NCBI RefSeq assembly: GCF_009914755.1
Contig: NC_060938.1
Origin: the human T2T-CHM13v2.0 reference genome, Homo sapiens
Direction: 5' to 3' (one strand)
DNA: 64,000 nucleotides
Shown: positions 30,828 through 44,229 of the stretch, piece by piece
Layout: every line of letters starts with the position of its first letter
Numbering within the stretch: position 1 is the first letter of the stretch
Program-made: the position numbers and the translations under genes
The notes under the pieces: model-generated
What the model saw: the letters and a program-made list of their open reading frames with translations, nothing else
The model's database searches: none
What the model was told of the DNA's origin: nothing

Positions 30828-32176
30828 GTAAGGTTTGGTTAACAGAAGACTCATAGGCACATACTTTTGAATCTCAGTGACAGACACAAATTAGGTACAG
30901 ATTGAAAGCCTATGACAGTGATAAAGAATCGAGAATAATTCTGGTATATCGTGTAGACTCCCCAAATTGACTTTCTTTGTTCACATCACCTCTCTACTAC
31001 ATTTTCAAAAATATTTTAGGAAAAACACTCTCAAAATGAAGCACATATATGTTACCATTATTTCTAACATCAAACATCAAATGCAAACTAAATGTGCAAC
31101 AGCAGAGTGGTTAATTTTGGCAAGACAGATAACAAAATAATTGCATCCTTTAAAATGATGTATAGTCATTTTTTTAATGGTAGGGAAACACATAGGCTAA
31201 AATTCTAAGCGGGAAACTGAATTATAAATTTGTTATGATGTCAAATGCCTGTATAAAGAAAAACCTGGTTAGAAACACATTTTAATTATTAAAATGGTTT
31301 TCGCTGGGTAGGGACATTTTGTAGGGCTATTGTTATTTTCTTTGTAGGTGAGAATGTTTTCCAAAAATTACAGAAAGTTGGTGTATTATTTTTATATTGG
31401 GGAATTAGTAGTTTTATTAAGCAGACACCCCTAAAGCAACCTATTTCCTGGTGTTCTCCAGAAGGAGGAATTTTGCTGATGCTAAGTACTTAAAAAGTCT
31501 TTCTTTGAGTTATTCACTTTTTTGCCAGCCCTTTCCTGATGCCTGGTCCTAAGCTATCTGCAGGAAAAGTAGAGTGAATATGTTATTTTAGAAGTTCTCA
31601 TTCTTTTATATTTAGTTCATGCCTAATTTATGAAAGAAAGGAGCTTCTTTTCAGGCCCCTCAAAACACTTGCTTTGTCCAATAAGTTATTCTGCTGTAAG
31701 ACTTGCTATACCGTTTCTCATAATTAGAGGTTTCCTTAGTTTCTGCATAGCCTTTTATTATTTCCAAGCAAATTTCCTTCAGTGAGATGCACTATATTTT
31801 ACAATCAGGGATTATTTAATTTAATCTTTTCTTTCTATGCTAATAATGATTGAAGAACATTCGAACTATCCAATAATTGCACCCACTTGGGGAAGGAAAT
31901 TTCTTCTGATTTTGAAATCCGGCATCGGAATCTAATGCATTCTGTGTCTCACTCAATGAGTAATTGACAACTGTAGTTAGAGAAATACACGTTTCACTAA
32001 TCCTAGTCAAATAGCAAAATTAAACTTGGCTGCCAAATATGATCAAGGAAAGTTTTCCTGCCCAAGATGTAATAAAAAACTCTTTTGTTAGGTTACATGG
32101 ATCTCTGCCCATCCTTACTTCCCAAGTGTACGTAAGCAAGTTTCTGCATCTTTTTCTTTTAGAAAGTCACCTATTT

Positions 32177-32457
32177 GGCTGCATGTGGTGGCTCATGCCT
32201 GTAATCCTAGCACTTTGGGAGGCTGAGGCGAGTGGATCACCTGAGATCAGGAGTTCAAGACCAGTCTGGCCAACATGGTGAAACCCCGTCTCTACTAAAA
32301 ATACAAAAAATTTAGCCGGGTATGGTGGTGCATGTCGGTAATCCCAGCTACTCGGGAGGCTGAAAATCACTTGAACCCAGGAGGTGGAGGTTGCAGTAGC
32401 TGAGATCCCACCATTGCACTCCAAACTGGGCAACAAGAGTGAAACTCCATCTCTAAA
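32177..32457 (+). mobile_element. AluSq/Sp-like, lacking poly(A) tail
   Basis: 'gggcaacaagagtgaaactccatctc' followed by only 'taaa'. Confidence 0.93.
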
Positions 32458-32739
32458 GCTGTCAATTTCTGATACTTGGAAATAAACTAATTTGCTTCTA
32501 AGAAAACCATACTGTACAAAATGATCTTAGGTTAATAACAGAGTTTTTGTAGCCAATGCTCCAAAATGTTAAAACAGATTCACAAACTAAAATTGCAAAT
32601 GACATCAATTTCTGAATAATACTCCATAAGAAGCAATTATCATTTTATTATCAAACTGACGAAAATACGTTAGCCTGTAGGTAAGCTGTGTTCAAATGAT
32701 ACATTATCTCAACTTATTTTAAAATAACTTCTTATAAAA

Positions 32740-32935
32740 TAAATTTGTATTATAAATTAAAAAAAATTTACCCATGATATTATGGGATATATACATATAG
32801 ATGGTGAAATGGTTTTAATAGTGAAGCAAATGAACATATCTATCATCTTAATTGAGTTCCTTCTTCTCCCTTTATATTTTCAGTTGACAGGTAATAATTG
32901 CACATATTTATAGGGTACAGAATGGATACTTCACA
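32740..32935 (-). mobile_element. Two short L1 (L1MA/PB-like) 3'-end fragments
   Basis: 'agtgaagcaaatgaacatatctatcatct' and 'ttgacaggtaataattgcacatatttatagggtaca'. Confidence 0.6.
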
Positions 32936-34114
32936 TCATCTTAAATTATAACATATTTTTGTTGCCTTGTAGAGGTTATTAGTATAGCAGGGAATGTAGA
33001 AAGAGACCAATTGGATTCTATCAGGTTTTAGAACTCAAGGTGCTTTTCTACATGAAGGAGTTGCCTATGACGTACTGAGTAAAAATTGCATGAGACTGCC
33101 TAGGGAGAAAGGACAGAGTCAAAATACTAATGTGTAGTACAGTATGAATGTCATTTTCTAGCCCAACTATAGGAAGTAGACTTCATTCTTCATAGAAATA
33201 AAGACACTTCTGGAAGAAATTTAAGGTGTCATCATTCTTTAGAATCTATTTACAACTCAGAGATTCAGCATTGTTGCTTTGAGACACAGGTGAATGATAG
33301 AAGCCATTGATTGCTGAAAAGGGTGATTCTGTTCATTTATGTATGAGTTTCAGCATCACAGTGAACATGGAAAATAATCCTGTAGCATTTAAAGGGTTCG
33401 TATTGCAGTTTGGGTGGCACTGGGAACTGACCCTTAAGGCAGGAAGGCAAATAGTGTTTCCATGGAGATCAGCAATGAATTGTGTCCTCAGAAGAAAGAA
33501 CATGGGCCAATGAAGATGGCCATGAGCAAATGTAAGATAAGTCTCGACTTCTCAAAATGTTAGGTAAGATTTCCTCCTCATGAACATTGGAAGCTTGTGG
33601 TATTTGACATGATGACTTCATTTTTATTCTCAGACTCCTGAGGCTGATGGACATTAATTTTCTACAAATATTTGGTAAAAACTTGATCTGTTTTATCTTT
33701 ACAGTCCTATAATGAATACATTATCATTCTCATGTTAATACAACTGAGTTATATCTCAGGAAGATTAATACATTGCCCATTCTTATTCAGACAGCAGATG
33801 ACAGAACTAAGGTATTTTAATTGTAGATTATGGATGTTTTCACTGAACATAGTGGATCATTGCTTAAAAGCTTCATCTGTTTGACAGATAAGAATGCTAT
33901 GTCTTCAAATGCTAGGTTTATCTCTAGGATTAATTCAAGTCTGTTCCCCTCTTTTGCATGAATTAGCTCTTCATTCTTCCTGAAAGAAATAGCAACAATG
34001 GTTTTAAACAGGCAAATGAAACACTTACAGATCTTCAAGGTCAAACCAAGCAACAAATTTAACAGAGGTAGATAAAGAATTGCAAATACAGTTTAGCTCA
34101 AGCAAAACAATCAG

Positions 34115-34429
<315 letters not shown>

Positions 34430-34555
34430 CTATACTTGTAAGGTGAACAATGAATTAAGCCAAGGCAACCAATGGCCCATTGAAAGCACATACCTTGAGA
34501 TTAAAACTCTGTGGCCTTTTATTCCTAACCTTACCTCATAAATCTGAAGAGAATT

Positions 34556-34596
34556 TGTGTGTGTGTGTGTGTGTGTGTGTCTGTGTGTGTGTGTGT
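34556..34596. repeat. (TG)n microsatellite
   Basis: TG run with one interruption. Confidence 0.95.
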
Positions 34597-35059
34597 AGAA
34601 ATATTAATAGAAACACTTAGTCAAGATATAGTAAATAATTTTATAGTTCATAAAGTTTATATTGGATAATTCTAAATATTTTTTCAACAGATTTCCTGTG
34701 ATTGGTTTTTCACATATTATGTCAAAAGCAGTAGTGTGAATGAAATGCAGTTCACTCTTGGTTCCTAGAACTCTCTGGTTCGAGTTTAATAATTCTACTA
34801 TTCTAAGAGGCCTGATAAAGATAGTTCTCTGGACTGATAAAACCTTTCTTTGGGAAGCTTCATTATTTTGTGTATGGGATAGGTGGGGGGTAAGTTTATC
34901 TCCACCTTTCCTCATGTGAAGGTTTCAAGTGGGTAATTGACAACCAGTTCCTCTAAACACTTAGCTAAAACTTCTGTTGCTGACAATTGTGTTCCTCTCT
35001 TCTCACAGATTTAACTCAGATTGGAATGTTAAGAAACATTTTGGCGGTAGGTTCCAGGT

Positions 35060-35373
35060 CTGTACTAAACACAGTTGTACACCACTCAAAATTTCCTTTT
35101 GGGACTGAAACACTCATTCCCCCAGTCGCCTAAAATCTTAGTGACTGACAGCTTGTATCTGCATCTCCCTGTGAGAATTATTTGAGCTAAAGAGAGTCAC
35201 TGTGCCCAAGGTCATGCTTCCATGCCAAAGTCAGGCTCCTCCAATAACTGGTTGATGACAGTGAAGGCCCAGCTCCCTCACACCAGTAGGGACAACTCTT
35301 CAATGCCATCTTAGCTTCAGTGCTCTTTCCAATCTCTATGTGAGAGGTGACTTTCTGGGGAATCAACCTTGCC
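35060..35373 (+). mobile_element. LTR16-like (ERVL) solo LTR, internally deleted
   Basis: 'ggactgaaacactcattcccccag', 'gcccaaggtcatgc', 'gggacaactct'. Confidence 0.7.
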
Positions 35374-35754
35374 ATGGGGACACAAAGGAAAAGCAGACAA
35401 TAGGCTGCTGCCTTTGATTCTACATAACAAGCCATCTTTCAATTAGGCAAAATGCTTCCTTCTCAATGGTCAATCTACATGACAAGGGATCTATATTGAG
35501 ACTGGGGTCCAAGGCCTAACTGTGATGGGTAGAGTTAGTTTACTAACTAACTAATTTGTTCACTGCACAAATATTTTCCTAGAATTTGTCATAAGAGAAA
35601 TCTCTGAAAAATAGCAAGTATTTTTTGATGTCATAGAATGATGATGGGATATCTCACTCTTTTCCCTTTAGCATCTAAGGTGTATAATCATACCCACATA
35701 GAAACACACAAGTTGTTCCAGTGAGGTACTATTTGTAACAAATGATGGTTTCTC

Positions 35755-36145
35755 TAAAGCTTTGCACATTCTGTTCCATCTGTACGGTATAACCTCCATA
35801 TCCCAAATCCTCCTTTATTGGACTAATGGCTCTCTGTCCTTTAAAACTCTGACCTCTTCTAAGAAGGCTTTCTAAAGCTAATTAAATGGGCTTTACGCCC
35901 TGTTCCTATAATCCTAAAGCATCATAAAATCCAAAGTTCTAATGTGAATGTGTTGGCTTTCTAAACCTAACCAAATGGGTTTTATGCCCTGTGCCTGTAC
36001 TGTCAAAGAGTCATAAACTCCGAAATCCCAATGTGAAGGTGGTGTTACGTGTGTTTAATATGTCTTCACCTCAAGACTATGAAGGCTTTGTCACATTGTT
36101 TTTTAGCACCAACAATACCTGACACTAAGCAGGTACTCTAAACAT
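35755..36145 (+). mobile_element. L2 fragment containing an 89-bp tandem duplication
   Basis: 'ctttgcacattctgttccatctg' ... 'aacaatacctgacactaagcaggtactc'. Confidence 0.6.
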
Positions 36146-37738
36146 TGGCCGTGCGATAGTTGTATTTGCCTCTCCTTATGTTCTCCCTGTAGATACTGAG
36201 ATTTCTACAAATAGTACTTGGTAGTATTAGGGTCTCTAAGTCTCTAAAAATATCATATTGTGTAGTATATTGTCCAAAGAAAATTTCCTGAATATCAGTA
36301 GTTTATTACTAAAAATATTGTTAGGCATTTTTATTCTTGTGTTCTTGGCTATATCATTATGCTCTTATTTATAACCTAACGTTTAACTGGTGTGCCTTGT
36401 TCTTCAAAACAGATTGTAAACTTTTTATGGATAGGATGAGAGATTTATATTTTGCTTTCTTTTCCACTTGACTTATATTATATTAAATCCATAACAGGAT
36501 TTTTACTTTAGAATTTATTGTTTAACTAAATGTAGTGGAATGTATTTCATGTTCTTTCAAAACTATAATCATCATCCAAAATATCTGTACTTTTAGAATA
36601 ATTAAAATCTTTTATTTTTATTCTAAACAAAGGAAATGTGGCTTTGGTATAAACATTTGTCTTAAGTTTCGAAAACCTCAATCTAATTTCCTGAGACAAA
36701 ATAACCATAGACAAAAAAGCCATTTTTTAAACTAAAATGTTCCAAATTATTTCTTGCAGGAATAATATTGCTTATTTCTCTTAGATTTTTATGAAAAAAA
36801 ATCTAATTCGTAACAATGTTGTTTTGTAATTACCTAGAAATCTATCTATGAATTCTGAAATGTGAAGGCTTTAATATTCTTCTAATTTACTTCCCTCATT
36901 ATAGTAAGTATCATTAGCTGGAATTTCACAAACTCAGACCTTTAAGATAATTATATATGAGCTAGTCTGAACTTTATTTTGGAATTACTTCTAAGAAAAC
37001 AATGTGCTAAGAAAATACAAGCAGGGTATAGATACAATTTTATAGACTATATTTAGATTATGAAAGAACACATTATTTAAGTGTCTTACAGTTTTCAATT
37101 ACACTTCACTTATACAAAAGATAAATACTACCTATATACAAAAGAACCAAGGTCCTGGATGAAAGGAGAAACAGATGCTGTGCAGCCAAAATAGAAGCCA
37201 CGTATCTTTATGTTTATGTCACCTCTTTAGATAATTAACACAAAATGTTCCACACAATTATATCCAGTACTGTCTCTTAGTGTCCCAGTTACATAAAGTA
37301 GAAGATACCATAGCACAATGGCTGGGAATACTGCTAGAAGCAGATGAAGCTACAGAAGAAAAGAATCCTTACTGGTAGGCAGACACCAAGTTGGGGGATC
37401 ATAAAATAGGTAAACAGCTTACGTATGAATCCGAGGTGTAGTCATTTAGTACTATTAATGTAGAGAAAAACAAATCTAGAAACATAACCAGTCATTTATT
37501 TGACAACAGGCCACATATTTCTTTCATGGTAATGAATAATGACTAAAAACAGAATTTTGTATTTTAAAAAGTGATTTGCATGCACACCCAGGGCAGATGA
37601 CTAGAATCCATTCGACTGGATGCTGCAGTTTCGCTGCCAGCTTTTGAAAAGTTTTTAGGATTATCACTACATGTGTTATCTCTTGTAATCTTTAAGAAAA
37701 ATCTCTACTGCAGTTGTAATGGTTGCTTTCTGTTGCAA

Positions 37739-37985
37739 ATATATATATATGTATATATGTATATGTGTGTGTATATATATATGTATATATGTATATGTGT
37801 GTGTATATATATATCACTCAATTACATAATTGTGTGTATACATCACTCAATTATTATATATGTAGATATATAATAGATTTTTGTATTAATCATTCAATTA
37901 TTATATATATAATAATTTTGGTTATTTTATTTTATTATTTTAGATTTTTAAATCTAAAATAATTGAGTGATTAACACAAAAAATA
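37739..37985. repeat. (TA/TG)n microsatellite plus AT-rich quasi-palindromic patchwork
   Basis: Dinucleotide run followed by repeated 'atcactcaatta' and inverted copies. Confidence 0.85.
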
Positions 37986-38849
37986 AAAAATCTGAGGTCA
38001 GACCATGCTTTAAGACTCCAAGATTCTTTCCAGTTTACATTTTGAAATATAAGGCAGATTATCTTGGTCCTCGAGCTTTCCATGTCTTCAAGATGTCTGC
38101 CATAATTCTAACTAACACATAGAGTGACAAGCTAAGTTCTACCCCAAGATGAGAAAGTAGCTGCTCTTCAAAGACCTGTGATCCTATTATGTAGCACAGT
38201 TTTAGAATTTTAGAATGTATTGTTAAAGTCGCTGTTGTTTAACTAATACCCATTCTTTTTTATTAAATACCAAAACTTTTTCAGAAGCTACCAGCTGATT
38301 TCTCAGGAACAGTTTGCTCTTGCAAACTGCTGTCAGTGCCCATGGGAAAGCAGACAGGAGTGTAGATTTAAAATGCATTTATTTAGCACCAGGGAATAGG
38401 CTAGAGATAACTCATTTCTGACAATCAATACAGCTTCTAAACCATCCAATGTTAAGTTTGGTGTAATCTTGCCTTTGTGGATAGAATAACCATCCCAATG
38501 GAGTCCAAGCCCCATGATGGAGCCTGTTCTCGATTTGAATTATTCTGCACAGCATCTCCCAGTTGCAATCACCAGAGAAATGAAAAGAAGCCATAGAGTA
38601 TCCTCTTCATATTAACCTTCATGTTACTGGATACTTTATAAAATTAACTCTGCATTTTCTAGCATTAAATGCTTTTTTCCTTCTCATTTAAAAATGTTAG
38701 ATATTGTTTCAATTCAGTTATTCTCTAGCTGTGACTTTTTGGACATGTTACTAAAATTCTCAGGCTTTTGTCCTCACCTATGAAATGAAATAATTTCATC
38801 AGATTATCCCAATTGTGCTCTAATTACAAGCAATTGAGAATATGTCATT

Positions 38850-38960
38850 ATGTGTATGTGCTTGTGTATATATACATATGTGTGTGTATGTCCTTGTATA
38901 TATATATATATATATATATATAAGCACATACAAATATATATTTTTATAGCAAATATATAA
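38850..38960. repeat. (TG)/(TA)n microsatellite
   Basis: Contains a pure TA run near 38897-38922. Confidence 0.9.
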
Positions 38961-40076
38961 AATATCCATTCCCTTGTTCATTCATGTGATGTCGATAAAT
39001 ATCATCTACCTCTTTAGTAGAGATACTTTCTGGTCAAATGTTCCTAAATAATTGTGTAGTTGGTTCGATTTCTTGTTCCCTTTCTCTTTCTCTGCACCCC
39101 AACCTGAATAGGAGCCAATTGTTAAACTTTCATACATTCAGATGTGCATTTCCAACAATGTAAAATAAAATATTGATCAAGGTCAATAACAATATTGTAA
39201 GCCTACACACACATATATTTTGCCTCCTACCCTCCACACGCATATATCTTCATTGGAAGTTTGTACTCTTTCTCTTCTTCCTTAGAGCAGTTTTTAGAAG
39301 AACTGAATAAAGCTATTCAAGTTTCTCTGTCATTAAAAAATAAGATTAAATTATGTTAAACCTCAACCAGAAAATTAAATTAACCAGAACACCTCATTCT
39401 CCAAGCAACAAAATGCTTTTTCTTAAAAAAAAAAAAAAAATTCTAATTGGTTTTCTGTTAGCAATTGAACCTGTTTACACAGGGCTCTCCAGAAACACTT
39501 TGCATCATGAAAATATCCCAATCCAATAAAGCTCTGCTGTTGAATTCTTGAGAAATAAAATGCCTAGCACTTACACCATGGGAATAAATACACAATTGTT
39601 GTCTAAGAATGAAAACTTTGAACAACTGAAGCAAGCTTAATTAAGCATTGTATTTAATGGATATCTCAGCTGAAACCGAAGTGAAGTAGCAACCCAAGGT
39701 AAACCATTGTTAATACCATCAAGAAACAGTACAAGGTAGTTTCAGTCAACAGGTTCTTATTAAATACTCAGGATAAAAAAAAAGAGAAAAGTGAGGGGAA
39801 AAGTTACAAGAGAGAAGAATGAAAAAGTTTGAATTGATTAAATATTTTCTTTTGAAAATTAAAAATGCTGCATTATTTGGTAACTTTCTTAAGGTGATTG
39901 ATTGAAATGATATTATATCAGCATTTATGCCTCTGATAAGCAAATGTCTGTGACATTTTCTGTGGTGTCAAAAGGATCATCAATATGAGGAAGGCTTCTA
40001 CAAAAGTACTTTCCTTTTATATATGGTGTTAGGCTTTGTTGAATGGAGTATTTTTGCAGGAAAAAGCACACAGGAT

Positions 40077-40413
40077 TGTTGTGGGACTTTTCCATAGTTC
40101 AGCTAAAGATGGGGTCCTTGTCACACAGCCATGAGGCTCACAGACAATTTGAAGGGTGAGTAGGCCAGGGTTTTATTGGGTGAAAGGAAGAAAAGGGGAA
40201 ACAGAGACTCTTAGAAAAGCGAGAGTGTGTTTCCTGCCCTTGGGCTTCCCAGTTTACAAATTGAATTCCAGTTCCACCCAGGAAGAGGAGAGGCCAGGCT
40301 TCTCCCCACTGCAAATGGTGCAAACTTCTGTGGCTCCACCCCAGCGAGCACTCCTCACAGTGAGCAGGCTGGCTGGAGTTTCTCCGGGGACCCCTTCCCA
40401 CCTGGCTGTCTCA
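40077..40413 (-). mobile_element. ERV1 solo LTR (MER61-like)
   Basis: TG...CA ends; reverse complement starts 'tgagacagccaggtgggaaggggtccccggagaaactcc'; AATAAA on minus strand; 4-bp TSD GGAT/GTAT. Confidence 0.82.
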
Positions 40414-40770
40414 GTATGCTAGCAGTTGCAGAAAGTCAGCATATTTGTTATATCATGATAATTTTAATCCCCCATCATCTCATAGTCAGCAAATGATAAT
40501 ATTATTAACAAGCCACCAGGAGCAAACTTTACACAATAAAAAGTAGGCAGAGAAACAAACATTTTAGGACTTATCATCTGGCAATTTCAATGCATCAGCA
40601 TGTAGATGTTAACAAGTTTTTGTTTATATTTCTCTTGGCTCTATTGAAATACTTAGATTGGACTAGCGATTTTAATACTTGGAGGCAGCATGAGGAAATT
40701 GTGAGCTGCCTTGGAATCTCACCCCTATGATTACCCTGCTCTGACATCTTGGTCATAATAATAAAACCAA

Positions 40771-41500
40771 TTTTTTCTTTAATTTTACTTTAAATTCCAG
40801 GATACATGTGCAGGAAGTGCAGGTTTGTTACACAGGTATATGTGTGCCATGGTTGTTCTGTGCCTATTGACCTGTCCTCTAAGTTCCCTCCCCTCACTCC
40901 CCACCCCACAAAAGGCCCTGGTGTGTGTTATTCCCCTCCCTGTGTCCATGTGTTCTCATTTTTCAACTCCCGCTTATGAGTGAGAACCTGCGGTGTTTGG
41001 TTTTCTTTCCTGTGTTAGTTTGCTGAGGATGATGGCTTCCAGCTTTATCTATGTCTCTGCAAAAGACATGGTCTCATTCCTTTTTATGACTGCATAGTAT
41101 TCCATGGTGTATATGTACCACATTTTCTTATTTCAGTCTATCATTGATGGGCATTTGGGTTGGTTCCATGACTTTGCTGTTGTAAACAGTGCTGCAATAA
41201 ACATACGTGTGCATGTGTCTTTATAGTAGGATGATTTATATTCCTTTGGGTGTATACCCAATAATGGGATTGCTGGGTCAAATGGTATTTCTGGTTCTAG
41301 TTCCTTCAGTAATTGCCATACTGTCTTCCACAATGGTTGAACTAATTTACATTCCCACCAACAGTGTAAAAGTGTTCCTATTTCTCCACAGCCTTGCCAG
41401 CATCTATTGTTTCTTGACTTTTTATTAATCGACATTCTGAATAGCGTGAGATGGTATCTCATTGTGATTTCAATTTGCATTTCTCTAATGATCAGTGATG
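40771..41500 (-). mobile_element. 5'-truncated L1PA 3' end
   Basis: ORF 41133-41543 encodes ORF2p C-terminus ([30 protein letters not shown]); 3'UTR follows. Confidence 0.96.
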
Positions 41501-41562
41501 AGAAAACAATCTTTATATTAAATACTTGCCATGTCCTAGGCACCTAGACACTGGGCTAATCA

Positions 41563-41859
41563 TTTTTTTTTTTTTTTTTTGAGACGGAGTCTCACTCTGT
41601 CACCCAGGCTGGAGGGCAGTGGGACAATCTCGGCTCACTGCAACCTCTGCCTCCTGGGTTCAAGCAATTCTGCTGTCTCAGCCTCCAGAGCAGTTGAGAC
41701 TACAGGTGTCTGCCACCATGCCTAGCTAATTTTTGTATTTTTAGTAGAGATGGGTTTCACCATGTTGTCCAGGGTGGTCTCAATCTCTTGACTTCATGAT
41801 CCACCCGCCTGGGCCTCCCAAAGTGCTGGGATTATAGGCGTGAGCCACCGTGCTGGGCC
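41563..41859 (-). mobile_element. AluS (Sc-like) inserted into a MIR remnant
   Basis: Full Alu; TSD GCTAATCA at 41555-41562 and 41861-41868. Confidence 0.95.
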
Positions 41860-42202
41860 TGCTAATCACTTTTATGATCTTATTTAATACTACAAACATA
41901 TGTAGAGGTTACTACTAATAGACCAGTTTTAAAGATGAGTAAGGAAGCTTGGAGAGATTATCATTCGTTTCTGAGGGATATCAAGTCAAAACAAGCAAAT
42001 ATTGGGTGAGTAAAAGCAGTGCTTATCAAATTACCTTTATGTCCTTATTCACTGTCTCTCCATCAAAGCCTTCCCACTTCTATGGTTGTTCCACATACTT
42101 TTACAAGGCTCTTTCAATTGCACTGAATATCGCCTCATGTTTAATAGTTGGCCCTTCTCCTTATAAGAATAAGCTCAATTTGGGTGCCTACTTAACCTTA
42201 CT

Positions 42203-42516
42203 TATTTATTTATGTATTTACTTTTTTAAAGAGATTGTGTCTTGCTGTGTTGCCCAGGCTGAAGTGCAGAGGCACCATCATAGTTTACTGCAGCCTCAAA
42301 CTCCTAGGTTAAAGCAGTCCTCCCACTTCAGCCTCTCAAGTAGCTGAGACTACAGGAACATGCCACCATTCCCAGCTAATTTTTAATTTTCTTTTTTTTA
42401 AGAGAGGTGTTCTTGTTATGTTGCCCAGGCCAACCTCAAACTCCTGCCTCAAGGAATCCTCCCACCTCAACCTTCCAAACTGCTGGGATTACAGGTGTGA
42501 CCCACCATGCCTGGCC
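42203..42516 (-). mobile_element. AluJ
   Basis: 'catcatagtttactgcagcctcaaactcc' J-type motif. Confidence 0.92.
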
Positions 42517-42709
42517 TGTTATCTCTTGTTATTTCTTCCTGTTGTCTTCCCTGATCCTGGAATAGTGACTGTATAATTAGATCTCAATAAATAGATATTA
42601 AGCAAAGTGATATATTTTCTGACATGCCAAGTAAAAATAATATCTTCAAATTATCACAATCTGTCACTATAAAATATCAGTTTTGATCATGAAGATTAGT
42701 AACAAAGGA

Positions 42710-42875
42710 TTATGAAAGGCCATGAGGAAATTATGGGGAGTGATGTAAATGTTCACTCTTATTTGGAGTGATGGTTTCATGGGTATAGGGGTATGTCATA
42801 ATTTATCAGATTGTACACTTAAAATTTGTGTTATGTATTGGATGTCAATAGAACATTAACAAAGCTGTTAATAGG
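42710..42875 (+). mobile_element. Old L1M 3' terminus
   Basis: 'gtgatggtttcatgggtata...attgtacacttaaaa...aaagctgtt'. Confidence 0.7.
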
Positions 42876-44229
42876 GCAGAAAGTATTGTGGAGCAAATGA
42901 TAGAATGAATTCAATTTACTTTAAGAAAATATTACCAAATGTTTCTTATTTTATGCTTCCTTGTTTACTAATCACATTATTTAAACAGCCTGGCATTGTG
43001 ACCCAATGGATTAAATAACAGAGGGATTGTAATAGTGATTCCAATCCAGTGACATTTGCTTCAAAGTCAGTGAGTTTAACTATTAAATGGCAAAACATCT
43101 CACCTCTATTTGCCTGCTTTCATTTTATATAAAAAGTGCTATGCTAAAAAATATAAAGTAAATAATTGCTCTAAATATTAGCTCCTTGCCATGCTCTGCA
43201 TTATTAAGAATTAATATGCATTGTGACACTAATGCTTCTATATGTATCAAATATATCATATATATATATCTTAAAGAGCAGTTCTTTATAGTGAAAGTGT
43301 AAACAAGATCTTATATATGAATTTACACTTGCTACTCCCTGCTACGTTTGAGCATCAAATTTACAACTCATCATTATCATGATTAGTCATTATTATAATT
43401 ATGGTTGTGCATGGGACAGATAATCCCAACGTGATGTATAAATCACCCATATTTCATACTAGACTGCTATGGAAGCAAGAGAAAACATTTAAATTAAAAA
43501 TGGAATTCCACATGTGGATAGTCACAATTAGCTGTGTACCTAAGCTAACATACAGCTCCTAACTTAATGATGGGCTTATTGAGTTAACTAATGAAGCTGC
43601 AAAGTGGGAGTTTTAGGACATCAAAAGCATATTTAATACTTTGTTAAACAGACCAGGGAGTGAAAGACCAATCTTGCCAATTCTTGCGCCATTTTCCTTA
43701 TTTCTAGGTTCTCTCAGTATAATGTTGATATGCTTAATAAAAAACACTTCCACAAGTCAACTAACTCAGTGGGTTTGAAATAGAAAATGAACGATCATTT
43801 TATTTTGCATTAAATGTTTAATTATTTCATGCACAATGATAAACACTAAAAGTAGAAATCTGAGTAATATGTGTTCCCTGCCATGATCTCCTGGTTGAGG
43901 AGTGTTGATGCTAATATTCAAGAGAGAATATTACTTTGGTAAAATTCGAATCACTTATCTTTCTATCATGAAAGGTAACATTTTATATAATAAACATTTT
44001 TTTTGTCTTCATTAGGAAGGTCTGTTAACAAATGACCATTGTTTGAGTTACCTGACTCCTTAGGGTAAAATTCATGACCCTTAGCATTTACTTACAATTG
44101 TTACTGCAACAGACTTTAATGTCACAGGACTAATCTTAAAGATAAAGCTCATAGTTTCATCTATTATTGGATATGGTAATTTTTTTTAACCTTTAAAAAC
44201 AACTAACAGGTAAGAAATACTTGGCTTAA

